From an uncultured virus (IMG/VR IMGVR_UViG_3300044617_001027) (lineage: Duplodnaviria > Heunggongvirae > Uroviricota > Caudoviricetes), in IMG/VR virus record IMGVR_UViG_3300044617_001027: a stretch of 20,000 nucleotides of DNA. The stretch is one strand, 5' to 3'. The notes below the pieces were generated by a model. It was not told the origin of the DNA and made no database searches. It saw only the letters and a list, made by a program, of their open reading frames with translations. A program made the translations under genes and the position numbers. Every line of letters begins with the position of its first letter. Position 1 is the stretch's first letter. Positions 1 through 10,671 of this stretch are shown here, one piece after another.

Positions 1-2421
1 GTAGTCCTTATATGCTTGTAAAAATCCTCTATATCTACTTGCTCTAACTCCTGCGTGTTGACTACCCGTAGATCCTCCTAATATGATATTGTGAGGAGTA
101 GACAAAGAACTTGTAGAACCCCAAGAAAATGCTATATCAGAAGATGCAGTAACAATCATGGAACCAGAAAAACTAATCCAATTTTCAAAATTACCGCTAG
201 ATTTTTTCCATTCAATATGTATTGAACCTGTTTTTTTAGTATTTGTTATATTTCTATCTGTATATATCCTAACATTCCAAGCGTCTCCATCAAAAAATGG
301 ATAATATTGGGATTGTATTGTTTTTATAGAAAAAGAAGATGTTGAATTAGATGTGCTTTGTGCGTTCTTATATCTTAAAAAGCCGTAAGCATAACTTCCA
401 CTCCTCGATGAAGTAGAAAAAGCTCTGTAACTTACTAATTCTAAATTACTATATACTTTATTACTATTTTTAGAATCCTCTATAGACCATAAACTCATAC
501 TAAGACTAGATGAATTCGATGTATTGAATCTAAATTCTGAAACTCTAGGGGCGGATACTTGATTTTCGTTAGGGGATATAGATTGTCCCCACGGAATTTT
601 AACGAATTGATTTCCGTCAAATTTTAACAAGTATTGATACCTATAACTTTTATGCGTAGGATTATATTTAGGAGGTCTTGCTCCGCCATACTCCTTAATA
701 CTAATTAATGTTTGAGGAATACCATATATAGATAGTAATGATTTTAAACTTCGTTCCGTACCTTTTGTTTTTAGGAGAGTAGGTATATTATTTACTATTC
801 TCCTCCAAATTTGATGTGTTAAATATTCATGGGCCTGAGAAGCTAAAGTTCCTGTCTCTAAAAAACTTCCTGTATTATCTGTTCCTAATTTATATAACCA
901 AAGATTACTAAGTTGATATCCATTATTTACCTCCCAACCTAAAGACTTAGCATAGGTCTTTAAAAGTTCATTAGGAATACCTCTTTTAGGATGTTCGTCT
1001 CTCCTGTGAATGGATGTTAATTCTTTGGTGAAAGCATACAAATTATCAAAATGCTGACCAATCATATCAAGAAAAACAAAGTATTCCGAATTGTCTGAGT
1101 CATTGACAATGTGACCTGGAGTTGCTTCGTATAATGTGTTGTAATTTGTACTATCAAACTTTCTAGCTTTCGACAAAGATGACGAATACCAATAATTGTA
1201 TGCAGAAGATGTTATATGATAATTGTAATATTTATTTTGAGCTATATACTTTGGCGCCGGAGTAATACTGCCTGTTATGTCATAGGAAAAAATACTTCCA
1301 GAAGAATAGTATAGATAATTCTCAAATTCATCGAAACTATTCTTAACTTGATAAGATCTTTTTACTATTTTGTTATGGTCCGCAATACCAAAATTACTTC
1401 CTGAAGAATTGCTTGATTTTATTGCATTACTTTGACTATTGTAAAATTCAATTAATTGTAGTTTATAATTATAGTTTTTTAACCTTTCTTGTGCTGATCC
1501 GTAAAATACAAAATTAGAAAACGTAGAGTAATCTATATTTAAAGGAACAGAAGCTGATGAAGATATAACTCTATTTATAATTGTATTAGCTGTTTCATAA
1601 TTTGAATCTAATAGAGTATCCCAATAATGGTAAATATTTTCGTCTTTAGAAGGGAGTAAGCTATTCCATGTATTATAATTAGTAGATTCACCACTTGGAG
1701 TATTTACGGAATAATTAGGTGTTAAAGTCCTAGGCTCACTAACTATTTCAGGAGAAGTAACCGTAAAGGAATCAAAATAATCCTCGGCTACTTTATAGCA
1801 AATATGTAATAAATTTCCTGTTTTTAAATTTTCTATAGGCCTTAATAATTTAACATAAATAACATACTCATTATCACAATCAACTTTTATGTTTATAATT
1901 GAGTAAATTTTATTTTCTCCTAAATTTAGTACAATATTATTAATAAAGCCTAAAGTTCTTAAATAAGAAACTTTATTTTTGAATAATTCTAGTTTACTTA
2001 TTACATCCGGATTATTTTTTAAATAGGTCGGCCGAATAGCTAATTTTAATTCTAACTCATCTGGGCTAATCTCTTGAATATAAAAATACTGATTATCTAT
2101 GTTTCCAAAAATGTTATAAAGAAAGTTAAAACAAATTTTATAAGTTCCCTCAAATATTTCTGAATCAAAAAATAATTTACATACATCAAAATTTATATCA
2201 TCGTAAGTAGAATCAAAATCATTTCTTACATTATAAGCTGACTTAACTAAATCATAACTTGTATTATAAACATGGGAATCTATGGAGAATGGATTTTTTA
2301 TTTCATCTACTATTGCTTTTGATATGTCCAAACTCATGAATGGCTCATAATCGAATGATACTCCTTCAATTAATGATGACGAATCTTTTATCTTATCTTT
2401 ATTTACGAATCTATCTATCAT
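1..2421 (-). CDS. Baseplate wedge protein, T4 gp7/P2 gpI-like; partial, continues past the left edge (>=807 aa)
   Basis: Not in the ORF track because it has no stop in the window. Translated by hand from ATG at 2421: MIDRFVNKDKIKDSSSLIEG...FLDMIGQHFDNLY...IWRRIVNNIPTLLKTKGTERSLKSLLSIYGIP...LQAYKDY, open to base 1. The 'KTKGTxxSLxxLL' segment resembles the conserved YKxKGT motif of gp7/gpI wedge proteins. It lies downstream of gp25- and gp6-like genes. Confidence 0.7.
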   Translation of the reverse strand, partial: MIDRFVNKDKIKDSSSLIEGVSFDYEPFMSLDISKAIVDEIKNPFSIDSHVYNTSYDLVKSAYNVRNDFDSTYDDINFDVCKLFFDSEIFEGTYKICFNFLYNIFGNIDNQYFYIQEISPDELELKLAIRPTYLKNNPDVISKLELFKNKVSYLRTLGFINNIVLNLGENKIYSIINIKVDCDNEYVIYVKLLRPIENLKTGNLLHICYKVAEDYFDSFTVTSPEIVSEPRTLTPNYSVNTPSGESTNYNTWNSLLPSKDENIYHYWDTLLDSNYETANTIINRVISSSASVPLNIDYSTFSNFVFYGSAQERLKNYNYKLQLIEFYNSQSNAIKSSNSSGSNFGIADHNKIVKRSYQVKNSFDEFENYLYYSSGSIFSYDITGSITPAPKYIAQNKYYNYHITSSAYNYWYSSSLSKARKFDSTNYNTLYEATPGHIVNDSDNSEYFVFLDMIGQHFDNLYAFTKELTSIHRRDEHPKRGIPNELLKTYAKSLGWEVNNGYQLSNLWLYKLGTDNTGSFLETGTLASQAHEYLTHQIWRRIVNNIPTLLKTKGTERSLKSLLSIYGIPQTLISIKEYGGARPPKYNPTHKSYRYQYLLKFDGNQFVKIPWGQSISPNENQVSAPRVSEFRFNTSNSSSLSMSLWSIEDSKNSNKVYSNLELVSYRAFSTSSRSGSYAYGFLRYKNAQSTSNSTSSFSIKTIQSQYYPFFDGDAWNVRIYTDRNITNTKKTGSIHIEWKKSSGNFENWISFSGSMIVTASSDIAFSWGSTSSLSTPHNIILGGSTGSQHAGVRASRYRGFLQAYKDY

Positions 2422-2441
2422 ATCTAATTATTGAAGTAATT

Positions 2442-4694
2442 TTAATTATTCTTTCGGGAGAATGGATCGTAAGGAGGATTACCTCTACTACCTCCTGTAC
2501 CACTACTGCCACCTGTACTACGGCCATTCGTTCGCATGAATGGAATGGGTCCACCACCGCCCGTGCTACCACCACCTGTGCCACCACCACCTGTATTATC
2601 ACCGCCTGTATTATTACCAATATTTTGATAACTTAGAAAGTCTATGGTATTTCCCGGAATGCCTCGTGTTAAATCTATGGAACTAGTATCTTGTCCTCCA
2701 CTACCTCCCCCTCCGCCAGGAGTTTCTGTTGTAGGGCAGTTAAAATTATTTAAATCTATGAAAACATTAACTAAAGGAGGAGCTTGATTTCTATCTATAA
2801 GAGTAGAATTACCTCTATATTGGTAACTCTTATTTCCGCTATTTAAAAATAAAGTGCAGATTTGATTAATACTACCTATACTTAGAGAAGTGTATATTTT
2901 ATCATTTTCGTCAGTACAAGATACAAGTTCATATATTACTATTTTAGTAGTATCTCCGCCGCCGCCTGAAGGGCCTCCACCTCCAATGCCCGGACAATTT
3001 GTAACTCCTTTTATTTCTAGTAAATCAGTAAGTATTGCTATAGCTAGTGTGGTGGGATAGAAATTTGGTTCTAATTCATCCCAATAATAAGAAAGACGTT
3101 TTGTAACGCTATAATAAATTTGATTAGCTTTAGGTTGTGTGGCGATATACCCAGGTATATCATTTGAATTACATGGAATCATTCTCCAGTATTTATTACC
3201 TGCTCCTGTACTAGTACCTCCTGTTCCTCCACCTGTATCTGTTCCTCCTCCGGTACTAGGACCTGTTCCTCCACCTGTATCTGTTCCTCCTCCGGTACCA
3301 GGACCTGTTCCTCCACCTGTATCTGTTCCTCCACCTGTATTTCCTCCTCCGGTACCAGGACCTGTTCCTCCACCTGTATTATCTTTAGGGCATTCAGGAC
3401 AAAGAGAATTAGTTCCAGATGCTCCTGTAGGTCCAGCAGGTCCTTGCGGTCCTATGGGACCAAGTCCGCCAAGTTGACCATTTTGTCCCGGCTGACCATT
3501 CTGTCCGGGTAATCCGTTAGTTCCATTCTGTCCATTAACTCCGGGTTGTCCATTAGCTCCAGCAGGTCCATTAGCTCCATCTTTACCATCCTTGCCATCT
3601 TTACCATCTTTACCGGCGGGTCCAGCAGGTCCTTGAGGTCCAGGTAAAGGTATTGAGCCTCCTCCTACTACATTCAATCCATCTTTACCGTCTTTACCAG
3701 GTCTTCCTTCAGAGCCACTAACGATAATAACAAAAGGTTCTGCCGGGATGTTATTAATAATTGTCGAAGGTATGTTATTAATAATTGGAACCATAGGGTC
3801 AATAATGTTTCTTACTTTTTTCCTAACAGCAGGTGTCCAAGATGAAGATAAGTCAAGACAATTCCCATTATTATTTGTGTTTATAAAATAGTAAGTGTAT
3901 CCTTCCAAGGGTCTTGCTCCAACTTCAGCAATTTTAACAAATGTACCTAATGGGTAAGTAGCTAATTCGGAGAAATCTACTCGTTCAATAGATACTACGT
4001 CGTTATATGTTTTATTTCTTTCAAACATCATAACTTCTAATGTCTCATTGTTAGGAATAAGACATACCGAGATATCTGTTAATGCTTGATTATTACCTCC
4101 AATAAAATAATTAAAATTTGCATCAATTATTTTAGAAAGTATAAAATCAGAAACGATAACTTTTTCAGGTCTTATAAAATAATACCCAGGATCTACAGAT
4201 AAGGTAGTCCCTTGTAATTTGTAACTTATTGGAACATATTTTATTCCTTTAAGATTTACTTTTAATTTTGGTTTATTGGCTTTTTTTATATCTTCAGTGG
4301 AATATCTATTTTTATTTTGTCCCTCTATTTCAGGCAATCTTTCATTTATTGTTCCGAAGATGACTTTTTCTACATTCCCTTCGTATCTTCTAACAATTTT
4401 ATAATTTACATAATCATCAGTTTCACTAGATGTGTTAATTTCATTTTTTGGGACGGGAAGAGATATTTCTAATTTATTATTTACATCTAATGCATCTCCA
4501 ATTTTTATTAATTCTTTAGACTCTTCCGTAGTAAATCTTCCGGACATGTATTTTCCATACTCGTCTACATGATATTGACCTTTATATATGTCTCCATTTA
4601 AATAAGTAAAATCTCCAGTAGATAAGTTAGGACCTGATCTTTTATTGTTTGGATCTGATAATCTATGTATATTTATGATATTATTCTCTTCCAC
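2442..4694 (-). CDS. Virion structural protein with collagen-like triple helix, Gly/Thr-rich repeats and two Cys-bounded C-terminal modules (750 aa)
   Basis: 26 consecutive GXY triplets (3408-3641) followed by CPECP; TGGGT repeats; stop/start coupling with the upstream gene at 4694; located in the baseplate cluster. Confidence 0.7.
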   Translation of the reverse strand: MEENNIINIHRLSDPNNKRSGPNLSTGDFTYLNGDIYKGQYHVDEYGKYMSGRFTTEESKELIKIGDALDVNNKLEISLPVPKNEINTSSETDDYVNYKIVRRYEGNVEKVIFGTINERLPEIEGQNKNRYSTEDIKKANKPKLKVNLKGIKYVPISYKLQGTTLSVDPGYYFIRPEKVIVSDFILSKIIDANFNYFIGGNNQALTDISVCLIPNNETLEVMMFERNKTYNDVVSIERVDFSELATYPLGTFVKIAEVGARPLEGYTYYFINTNNNGNCLDLSSSWTPAVRKKVRNIIDPMVPIINNIPSTIINNIPAEPFVIIVSGSEGRPGKDGKDGLNVVGGGSIPLPGPQGPAGPAGKDGKDGKDGKDGANGPAGANGQPGVNGQNGTNGLPGQNGQPGQNGQLGGLGPIGPQGPAGPTGASGTNSLCPECPKDNTGGGTGPGTGGGNTGGGTDTGGGTGPGTGGGTDTGGGTGPSTGGGTDTGGGTGGTSTGAGNKYWRMIPCNSNDIPGYIATQPKANQIYYSVTKRLSYYWDELEPNFYPTTLAIAILTDLLEIKGVTNCPGIGGGGPSGGGGDTTKIVIYELVSCTDENDKIYTSLSIGSINQICTLFLNSGNKSYQYRGNSTLIDRNQAPPLVNVFIDLNNFNCPTTETPGGGGGSGGQDTSSIDLTRGIPGNTIDFLSYQNIGNNTGGDNTGGGGTGGGSTGGGGPIPFMRTNGRSTGGSSGTGGSRGNPPYDPFSRKNN
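3220..3379. repeat. Intragenic tandem repeat, ~42-bp unit, ~3.5 copies (encodes TGGGTDTGGGTGPG)
   Basis: Unit cctgttcctccacctgtatctgttcctcctccggtac(t/c)agga starts at 3220, 3262 and 3304 (the last with an extra 15 bp), with a partial copy at 3361. Confidence 0.9.
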
Positions 4695-5818
4695 TATTTA
4701 CTAACTTTAAAATATATAGAATCATCAATTGTTTTTTCAATGTCTCCTCCATCCATCTTCACTTTAATTAGAACTTTATAATATCGATTAGGAAGGAATG
4801 TATTAAAATCTAATTTGAAATAATTTCCTTTATTGTCACAACTTATTACATTTCTATCATCAAATGGAACAACATACATAGATGTTTGTTCATCTTGTAT
4901 TGCATAATAAGAAGATGTTGGTAATCTTTTACTTGACATGTAATTTGATGATGTAGAATATGTCTTAACTGGGATTCTATCTCTTACTAAGAATCTAAAC
5001 TTTGTTTTATCTGTTGGGTAGTAAGATGCTTTTTTATTTTTGAAATGTAGAATGAAATCTTCGTTTGGTACTTGAGAGAATAAGGATGTTCCTGAAAAGT
5101 CTGTATCATTCCATACAATGTCTAATCTTGGAATGAATATAGTATTAGTTTCCCTGCTGAAAAATTTAATAGATCCCATTACTTCACAACTTTTCTCATC
5201 GCTGTCACTTCTTTTTAAGATAAGACCATTATTCGGAATGGAGCCTGAAATCCATTTATGAACAATTCTAGTGATATCCATTCTTAAATCCGGACTTTCT
5301 TGATCAAAAGATTGCGACGCTACGAAACCACTTTGATGATACCACGTACCACCTCCCTTTTGTGTTACGTATGAGCCGGTAGTTCCTGCGACAAATGAAC
5401 CGGAAGTCCACCGTTTACCTGTCATATTAAAAGAGCCATTTCTATAAGTCCATGAAACACCCTCTTTAATTTGAGGAGAAGAGTTGTAGTATCCTTTTCC
5501 TTGACTCCAAGATTCGCTAACAGGATATGCGTATAAAGAGTAAGTCAAAGCTAAATTATCGGCCTGTGCTGAAAATAAATTTAAATAGTATTTGCTTGAC
5601 TTTCCAATAGTTCCATTCTGAATTAATTTATTTATTTCGTTAGAATCTATTTGGAGTAATATCCTAGAATTATAATTGTAATTATAGAAAATATCATTAG
5701 CATCTGCAACATTATGAGATATCTTTTCTAACTCTATTATTGAATCTAAACCTGAATTTAAATCAGGTTTCCCTTCATATATAGTGGCGTCTCTTATTGG
5801 ATATACTGAATACTGCAT
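4694..5818 (-). CDS. DNRLRE/disaggregatase-like beta-sandwich domain virion protein (374 aa)
   Basis: Pattern DATIYEG.P..N.G ... SRILLQ ... YLNL ... DIT.IV..W.SG...NNGLIL ... F.SRE....PRL.I.W is typical of DNRLRE-type domains. Lies directly after the gp6-like gene. Confidence 0.6.
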   Translation of the reverse strand: MQYSVYPIRDATIYEGKPDLNSGLDSIIELEKISHNVADANDIFYNYNYNSRILLQIDSNEINKLIQNGTIGKSSKYYLNLFSAQADNLALTYSLYAYPVSESWSQGKGYYNSSPQIKEGVSWTYRNGSFNMTGKRWTSGSFVAGTTGSYVTQKGGGTWYHQSGFVASQSFDQESPDLRMDITRIVHKWISGSIPNNGLILKRSDSDEKSCEVMGSIKFFSRETNTIFIPRLDIVWNDTDFSGTSLFSQVPNEDFILHFKNKKASYYPTDKTKFRFLVRDRIPVKTYSTSSNYMSSKRLPTSSYYAIQDEQTSMYVVPFDDRNVISCDNKGNYFKLDFNTFLPNRYYKVLIKVKMDGGDIEKTIDDSIYFKVSK

Positions 5819-5819
5819 T

Positions 5820-7706
5820 TTATGTCAAATTTACTACTCTTCCTAATATGTCTCTGTTCTTATACTTAACTTCAAAAATTGAAGGATCTAATGCGGGGTA
5901 TAATATATTATTCCTAGTTGCTGTAGCTATATCATAGTAATTACCGGAATATCCTTCATCCTCCTTGTATTTATTATGTATATCAAATGCTAGTATATTT
6001 TTCACTCCCTGTACATCTTTGATTAAGCACATAACTTCACTTATATAAATAGGTTGACCTATCTGCATTTTATCATTAGAAAAGTAATCTCTAAGATTAG
6101 ATAAGCATTGTAAAAGAACTTCATTTGAATTATATGTAGCGGATGTTAATATTTCAAAACTTATAGCTATGTTTATAATAAAAGCATCTCTTATATTTAT
6201 AGCGTCAGTTAACATCCTGTATTGTAATAGATAATTTTTAAGATTCATTTTTACTGCCATATTTAAAGGGCTAAAGTTCTTATTATTATCGTATCCTAAT
6301 AAATACAAATTAAGTGATAATGGATTTGGAATAAAATCAAATGTTCCATAAGCTCTAGTTTGAGCATCCCTTTCAATGTGAGCTTTAGCTACTGCTCCAA
6401 ACTTCGGAGGCAAAGTGTAACATCTGACCATGTAGTCATCTTTTGTTACTGCTCTGTTCTGAGAAGCAAAGTGATTTATAGCTTCTTCTCTTAATGTTTC
6501 TATTGGTTTATCTGATATACCTCCTCTAGCTGGTTCCGGATTGTTTATGACAAGGGAACCTATAGATGCATTATATAAAGTCGAGTCTAAAGCACCTAAA
6601 GGAGTTAGTACGTTTATTGATGATATAGTAGTTATTGAGTTTGCTGAAACGTTATCCGGAATACCGCCTCCGATGGCGTATTGTACTGTAAGAGTGGTGT
6701 TAGAAGGAGCTGACCCGTAAGTTTTTGTGTATAAAAAATTTTCCGGGGATATACTTAAATCAACAACTCTTTCAAAATAATTTAATCCAGACCCTACATT
6801 AAAAGGATTAGGAACAATTTCTTCATCGACTTCACTGCTAACGCCACCTCCAAATTGTATTTCAGTTCTATCATCTAATCTAAGCCTAGTTACAAATCTT
6901 CTTTCTGTTTGTAAATAAGTTAATAAGTAAGGTGCAGAATCTCTGTATTGCGACAAATTTTGGTCGTTATGCGGTAAATTTTGTACAGGAATTGGTATGG
7001 TATCTTGAGCTAAATAAGGCACTTCATACCACTTATTTCCATCTGAATCTGTTACGCTTAATATTTCAAGAACATTATTTTCAGGTAAGGTGATTTTATC
7101 ATAAGGTTTAGGTGCTGCAAAACTAAACTGTCTTGATAAAATAGTTCCAGATACTGCTTTTACTTTTTTCCTAAATAGATAATTTTCTACTTCTCCTGCA
7201 TTATCAATAGAATAAACAGATATTTCGGTAGGGTCTAAAGAAGAACTGTACCTAAAATCGACAGATTCAATTGTTCTAAATGTTATATTTTCTCCACTTG
7301 TAGCTACTAAACTAGAATCTATAGATAAAGCATACTTGAAATCAGGTTTGTTATTAGGTCCATTTCCGGTAGAAGGAACTACTTGATAGATATCTAAATC
7401 TACTGATGCTCCTGTTATTAAAGATGGCTTAAATCCTAAAGAGTTAGCAATATTGTATAAATTTATTTTTTCTTGTACAGTGGATAATAATGATTCTCTT
7501 AACTGAATATCAGTGTAAAATGATAGAACATCTCCTACATAAGAAGCTAGTTCTATAAACATCATACCTGGAGAGGCTTCATTAAAATCATTATATGTAT
7601 CAGGAAAGTAATTTTTAGAAAAATCTATTAAAGATTGTCTGAATTCTCCAAAATCTTTATTTACATATTTTACATCCTTACTAATTAAATTACTTCTTTT
7701 ACTCAT
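5820..7706 (-). CDS. Baseplate wedge subunit, T4 gp6 / Baseplate J-like (628 aa)
   Basis: N-terminal KDF..FRQSLI...KNYFP..YNDF.E.SPGMMFIEL.SYVGDVLSFY.D...ES.L; later FGGG, A.GG...E.LRE.A...F.SQNRAVT..DY, all hallmark gp6/BplJ motifs. Adjacent to gp25. Confidence 0.9.
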   Translation of the reverse strand: MSKRSNLISKDVKYVNKDFGEFRQSLIDFSKNYFPDTYNDFNEASPGMMFIELASYVGDVLSFYTDIQLRESLLSTVQEKINLYNIANSLGFKPSLITGASVDLDIYQVVPSTGNGPNNKPDFKYALSIDSSLVATSGENITFRTIESVDFRYSSSLDPTEISVYSIDNAGEVENYLFRKKVKAVSGTILSRQFSFAAPKPYDKITLPENNVLEILSVTDSDGNKWYEVPYLAQDTIPIPVQNLPHNDQNLSQYRDSAPYLLTYLQTERRFVTRLRLDDRTEIQFGGGVSSEVDEEIVPNPFNVGSGLNYFERVVDLSISPENFLYTKTYGSAPSNTTLTVQYAIGGGIPDNVSANSITTISSINVLTPLGALDSTLYNASIGSLVINNPEPARGGISDKPIETLREEAINHFASQNRAVTKDDYMVRCYTLPPKFGAVAKAHIERDAQTRAYGTFDFIPNPLSLNLYLLGYDNNKNFSPLNMAVKMNLKNYLLQYRMLTDAINIRDAFIINIAISFEILTSATYNSNEVLLQCLSNLRDYFSNDKMQIGQPIYISEVMCLIKDVQGVKNILAFDIHNKYKEDEGYSGNYYDIATATRNNILYPALDPSIFEVKYKNRDILGRVVNLT

Positions 7707-7708
7707 TT

Positions 7709-8221
7709 TTATAATATTTCAGCGGCTAAATCATTACCCGAATTATAGATTACTACTGTTCTATTGGCGCCTCGTTCTGTAACAGAAAATGTTATTCTCA
7801 CATTAACTGAATTTTCTTGCTCTGAATACCCGTAGTTTTGATTACCTCCAATACCTACACTTAAATCTTTAAGAACTATATAAGGAAGCCAAAATCCTAT
7901 ATCTTCCTCTAGTGAAGACTCTAAAAAACCTCTATTAAACGAACTGTTTTGCTCAAAAACAAAATCTCTGAGAATTGTTCCAAAATTAGGTTGCATATAT
8001 CGCTCACTTTTTCTAGTCATTAGTAAATTTATTAAATTACTAATTGCTTGCTCTTCGGTAGTGTAGGATAGTTTAAAAGGTCCTACATCTCTTGATGGTT
8101 TTTTGTTGTAAGCTTCTAAAGCACTTTTAACAAATGTATTTCTATTAAAAGGTAATAAAATTCCAACGGCTTTGTCTAATTTCGTATCAGGCGGATATGC
8201 CTTGTATATTATTCTAGCCAT
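7709..8221 (-). CDS. Baseplate protein gp25/GPW-like (sheath initiator) (170 aa)
   Basis: NLINLLMT.K.ERYMQPNFGT.L...VFE ... I..WLPYI.L matches the GPW_gp25 family pattern. Confidence 0.9.
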   Translation of the reverse strand: MARIIYKAYPPDTKLDKAVGILLPFNRNTFVKSALEAYNKKPSRDVGPFKLSYTTEEQAISNLINLLMTRKSERYMQPNFGTILRDFVFEQNSSFNRGFLESSLEEDIGFWLPYIVLKDLSVGIGGNQNYGYSEQENSVNVRITFSVTERGANRTVVIYNSGNDLAAEIL

Positions 8222-8619
8222 TATTTTATTTTTTCTGCTTTTTTCAATATCGGTGTATAATTTCTAGAAAGTAATTTACTCATTAGATTACCTCCTTCTG
8301 ATGAAGGTAATACAACTTTTCCATCCATATCAACTAAAGGTTCGTGTGAATAGTTAGATATACTCATATTTTCAGTAGTTACTGAAGGACCATAATCCAT
8401 ATCCGAACTGTTAAAAGGCGTAGTTCCTGATAGAAGAGAGTCTAAAGAACTATTAGATTTAATTGGTCTTTGTTCTCTAGTATAAGTATTTTCTACTACC
8501 TTGCTTGTATTTTTACTATTTAAATTATTAAATTCTTCTCTAATTATAGATTTTATCTCCTTTTTTAATTCTTGAGATATTTCTTTTACTAAGTATTTTA
8601 TAAGTGAATTCTTTTCCAT
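8221..8619 (-). CDS. Hypothetical phage protein (132 aa)
   Basis: Intact ORF translationally coupled to gp25 (TAATG overlap at 8221). N-terminal helical 'IKSIIREE' segment and C-terminal 'RNYTPILKK'. Confidence 0.7.
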   Translation of the reverse strand: MEKNSLIKYLVKEISQELKKEIKSIIREEFNNLNSKNTSKVVENTYTREQRPIKSNSSLDSLLSGTTPFNSSDMDYGPSVTTENMSISNYSHEPLVDMDGKVVLPSSEGGNLMSKLLSRNYTPILKKAEKIK

Positions 8620-8652
8620 GTTTATAATAAATATTTAAACTGTATAATAAAT

Positions 8653-10671
8653 TTAAAAATTAACCTCTACTATTTTATTTAAGTCCACTAATTCGTGAGA
8701 TAAATGAGCGTAATTATCTTCGTATAAAGTAACTTCTAGTTCTTTTCTTATACAATCTGAATTAACTAATATCTTTTTTTCTACAAGCATTGATTCTTCT
8801 AGTATAAACAAGTTGGTTGAAAGTAATTTTTCTATATCTGTATTATACTTGAATTTATCTCCTACTATATACCAACCAGGTTTACAATTTTCTTTTATAA
8901 CTAATATCAAATAAACAACATCTGATACTATTGCTAAGGTTCTTTTACTTTTAAGAATAGAAACTATCTTAAATAAATGACCATAGCATTTACCATCAGG
9001 GTATATGAAATCTACCGGTATATTAATTAAATCAGTTTCCGGATTAAAAGGAGTACCGGGAAATCCAGGTCCACCCGGTCCGTTAGGTCCACCCGGTCCG
9101 CCGGGCTGTCCGGGAGCGCTATCCGGATTACCTGTTCCGGGTCCGCTAGGTCCTCCGGGTTCACTAGGTCCACTAGGATTTCCGGGAGTTCCAGGTGGTA
9201 TAGCTGTTCCTTCACCTTGAGGCGTATCGGGCAAATTAGCAGGAGAACCGTCCGGTTCCGTAGAGCTACCTGCGACTTCCGGAATAGGCTCTGTATTAGA
9301 ATTACTAGCACCTTCGGGAGTTCCCGGCGGTTTCATTTTGGGGAGAGCGTTGTTAGGATTAATAGAAAAACTAGGTAAGTCGACAGATGGATTACCTATT
9401 GAATTTGCAATAGAATCGGTACCTCCGGGCATATCAGGAGATGAGGTTATAGAACCTCCTGTTTTGCCATCCATTCCCGGTATGCTATTTGTAAAGCCTG
9501 TAGGAGCTACTCTAGATAATCCGTCAGTTCCTAATTTAAAATTTGTGGGTAATGAGGGAGGTTGTGGAAATCCTTGCGAACATCCCCCACCCCAAACACC
9601 TTTGCTAGGATTTAGAGTGTACTTAGGTCTTAATGATATAATACTAGGTAGTCGTGGGGAAACTAAAGAAGGCCCTCCAAGAGGTGATGTAGTTATACCT
9701 CCTGGTCCGGCTAATGCTTGTACTTCGCTATGTAAGCCTAAAACAAAATCTACAAGGTCATCAAAATCTACATCATGTTTATCTGTAGTTAGTCGTATTT
9801 TTGAAGCAGATAAATACATTGTTTTTTTTGCAATCAACATCATATTATCCGTCTTTGCTTGCATTACAATTCTATCCGCATTTGTAGCTGATTGAGCTTT
9901 AGTGGAACTTGGAATACTAGACAAAGGCGAAGGACATGCTCTAACCGAAACAAATCTTGATAAAGCTTGGTCAGAAGTCCAATAAGTAGTAGAGAAATCA
10001 TTAGCTGCGTCTTCTATGGCATAGGATAATGAATCTTTTATTTCTCTATTTGGTATATCTTTTACTTCATTGGGTAATGGTTTACTCGGTCCTACAGGTT
10101 TATTAGCCACTATAGTTATTGGATTTCCTGCTTTTCCTGATTTCCATGTGGGTTGAACCTCATGTTGTGGATGAGGACCCGAACCTATACCTAATCTTAT
10201 CGAAGACCCGCCTCTACCAGTGAAAGTAGTGTCACCTTCAAAGGGTTGCATAAAGTTGGCAGTATATGGTCTCTTAGGGAAAGTATTTCCAGGAGTAACA
10301 AAAGGAGGTGCCGGTTTATTATCAGATGACTTAGATCTATTAGAAGCGTGAGGTATTTGATTTATTACAGAATCATTAGTTGAATTAATAGGTAGAGGAA
10401 TATAGTATAGTACTTTATCTAAATTTGGAGCATCTGTACCATCATATCCAGTAAGCTCAAAAACAACTACATGTTCTCCTCGTAAAGGTATATTTCTAAA
10501 GTTAGTGAATAAAGGTCTAGCATAGTGAGCGCGAACATTACCTATTAAAGAATTGGGATGTAATTTAATTTTTACAGAGCCTAATGGAAGTGTTCTACCT
10601 TTTTCATCTTTTTGATTTTTACCATACGCCTTAGAGGTCTCTATCACTTCCGCCGATACTAAATAGCCCAT
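8653..10671 (-). CDS. Baseplate central spike/hub, gp5/GpV-like, with Pro/Gly-rich linker and extra C-terminal domain (672 aa)
   Basis: N-terminal OB-fold-like pattern (LGSVKIK...ARP......P..GE.V.V), EGD....GR.GSSIRLG, and beta-helix-like repeats ([31 protein letters not shown]). Located upstream of gp25/gp6. Confidence 0.65.
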   Translation of the reverse strand: MGYLVSAEVIETSKAYGKNQKDEKGRTLPLGSVKIKLHPNSLIGNVRAHYARPLFTNFRNIPLRGEHVVVFELTGYDGTDAPNLDKVLYYIPLPINSTNDSVINQIPHASNRSKSSDNKPAPPFVTPGNTFPKRPYTANFMQPFEGDTTFTGRGGSSIRLGIGSGPHPQHEVQPTWKSGKAGNPITIVANKPVGPSKPLPNEVKDIPNREIKDSLSYAIEDAANDFSTTYWTSDQALSRFVSVRACPSPLSSIPSSTKAQSATNADRIVMQAKTDNMMLIAKKTMYLSASKIRLTTDKHDVDFDDLVDFVLGLHSEVQALAGPGGITTSPLGGPSLVSPRLPSIISLRPKYTLNPSKGVWGGGCSQGFPQPPSLPTNFKLGTDGLSRVAPTGFTNSIPGMDGKTGGSITSSPDMPGGTDSIANSIGNPSVDLPSFSINPNNALPKMKPPGTPEGASNSNTEPIPEVAGSSTEPDGSPANLPDTPQGEGTAIPPGTPGNPSGPSEPGGPSGPGTGNPDSAPGQPGGPGGPNGPGGPGFPGTPFNPETDLINIPVDFIYPDGKCYGHLFKIVSILKSKRTLAIVSDVVYLILVIKENCKPGWYIVGDKFKYNTDIEKLLSTNLFILEESMLVEKKILVNSDCIRKELEVTLYEDNYAHLSHELVDLNKIVEVNF

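Noticed and set aside
3220..3379. Possible CRISPR-like array
   Set aside because: Head-to-tail in-frame coding repeats with no unique spacers and no cas genes.
2340..3477. ORF-track entries 2340-2636, 2411-2620, 3139-3477 and 3179-3373
   Set aside because: Shadow or alternate frames of the Gly/Thr-rich repeats of the 750-aa gene; low-complexity translations.
9005..9895. ORFs 9005-9220 (collagen-looking), 9027-9311 and 9338-9895
   Set aside because: Antisense or alternate-frame shadows of the Pro/Gly-rich part of the spike gene; GGN/CCN symmetry creates a false collagen.
5820..10671. Bacterial contractile injection system (eCIS/T6SS) interpretation of the gp25/gp6/spike genes
   Set aside because: The gp55-like sigma, T4-sized gp6 and gp7-like genes, S74 fibre, tight phage-type packing and absence of housekeeping genes fit a large phage better.
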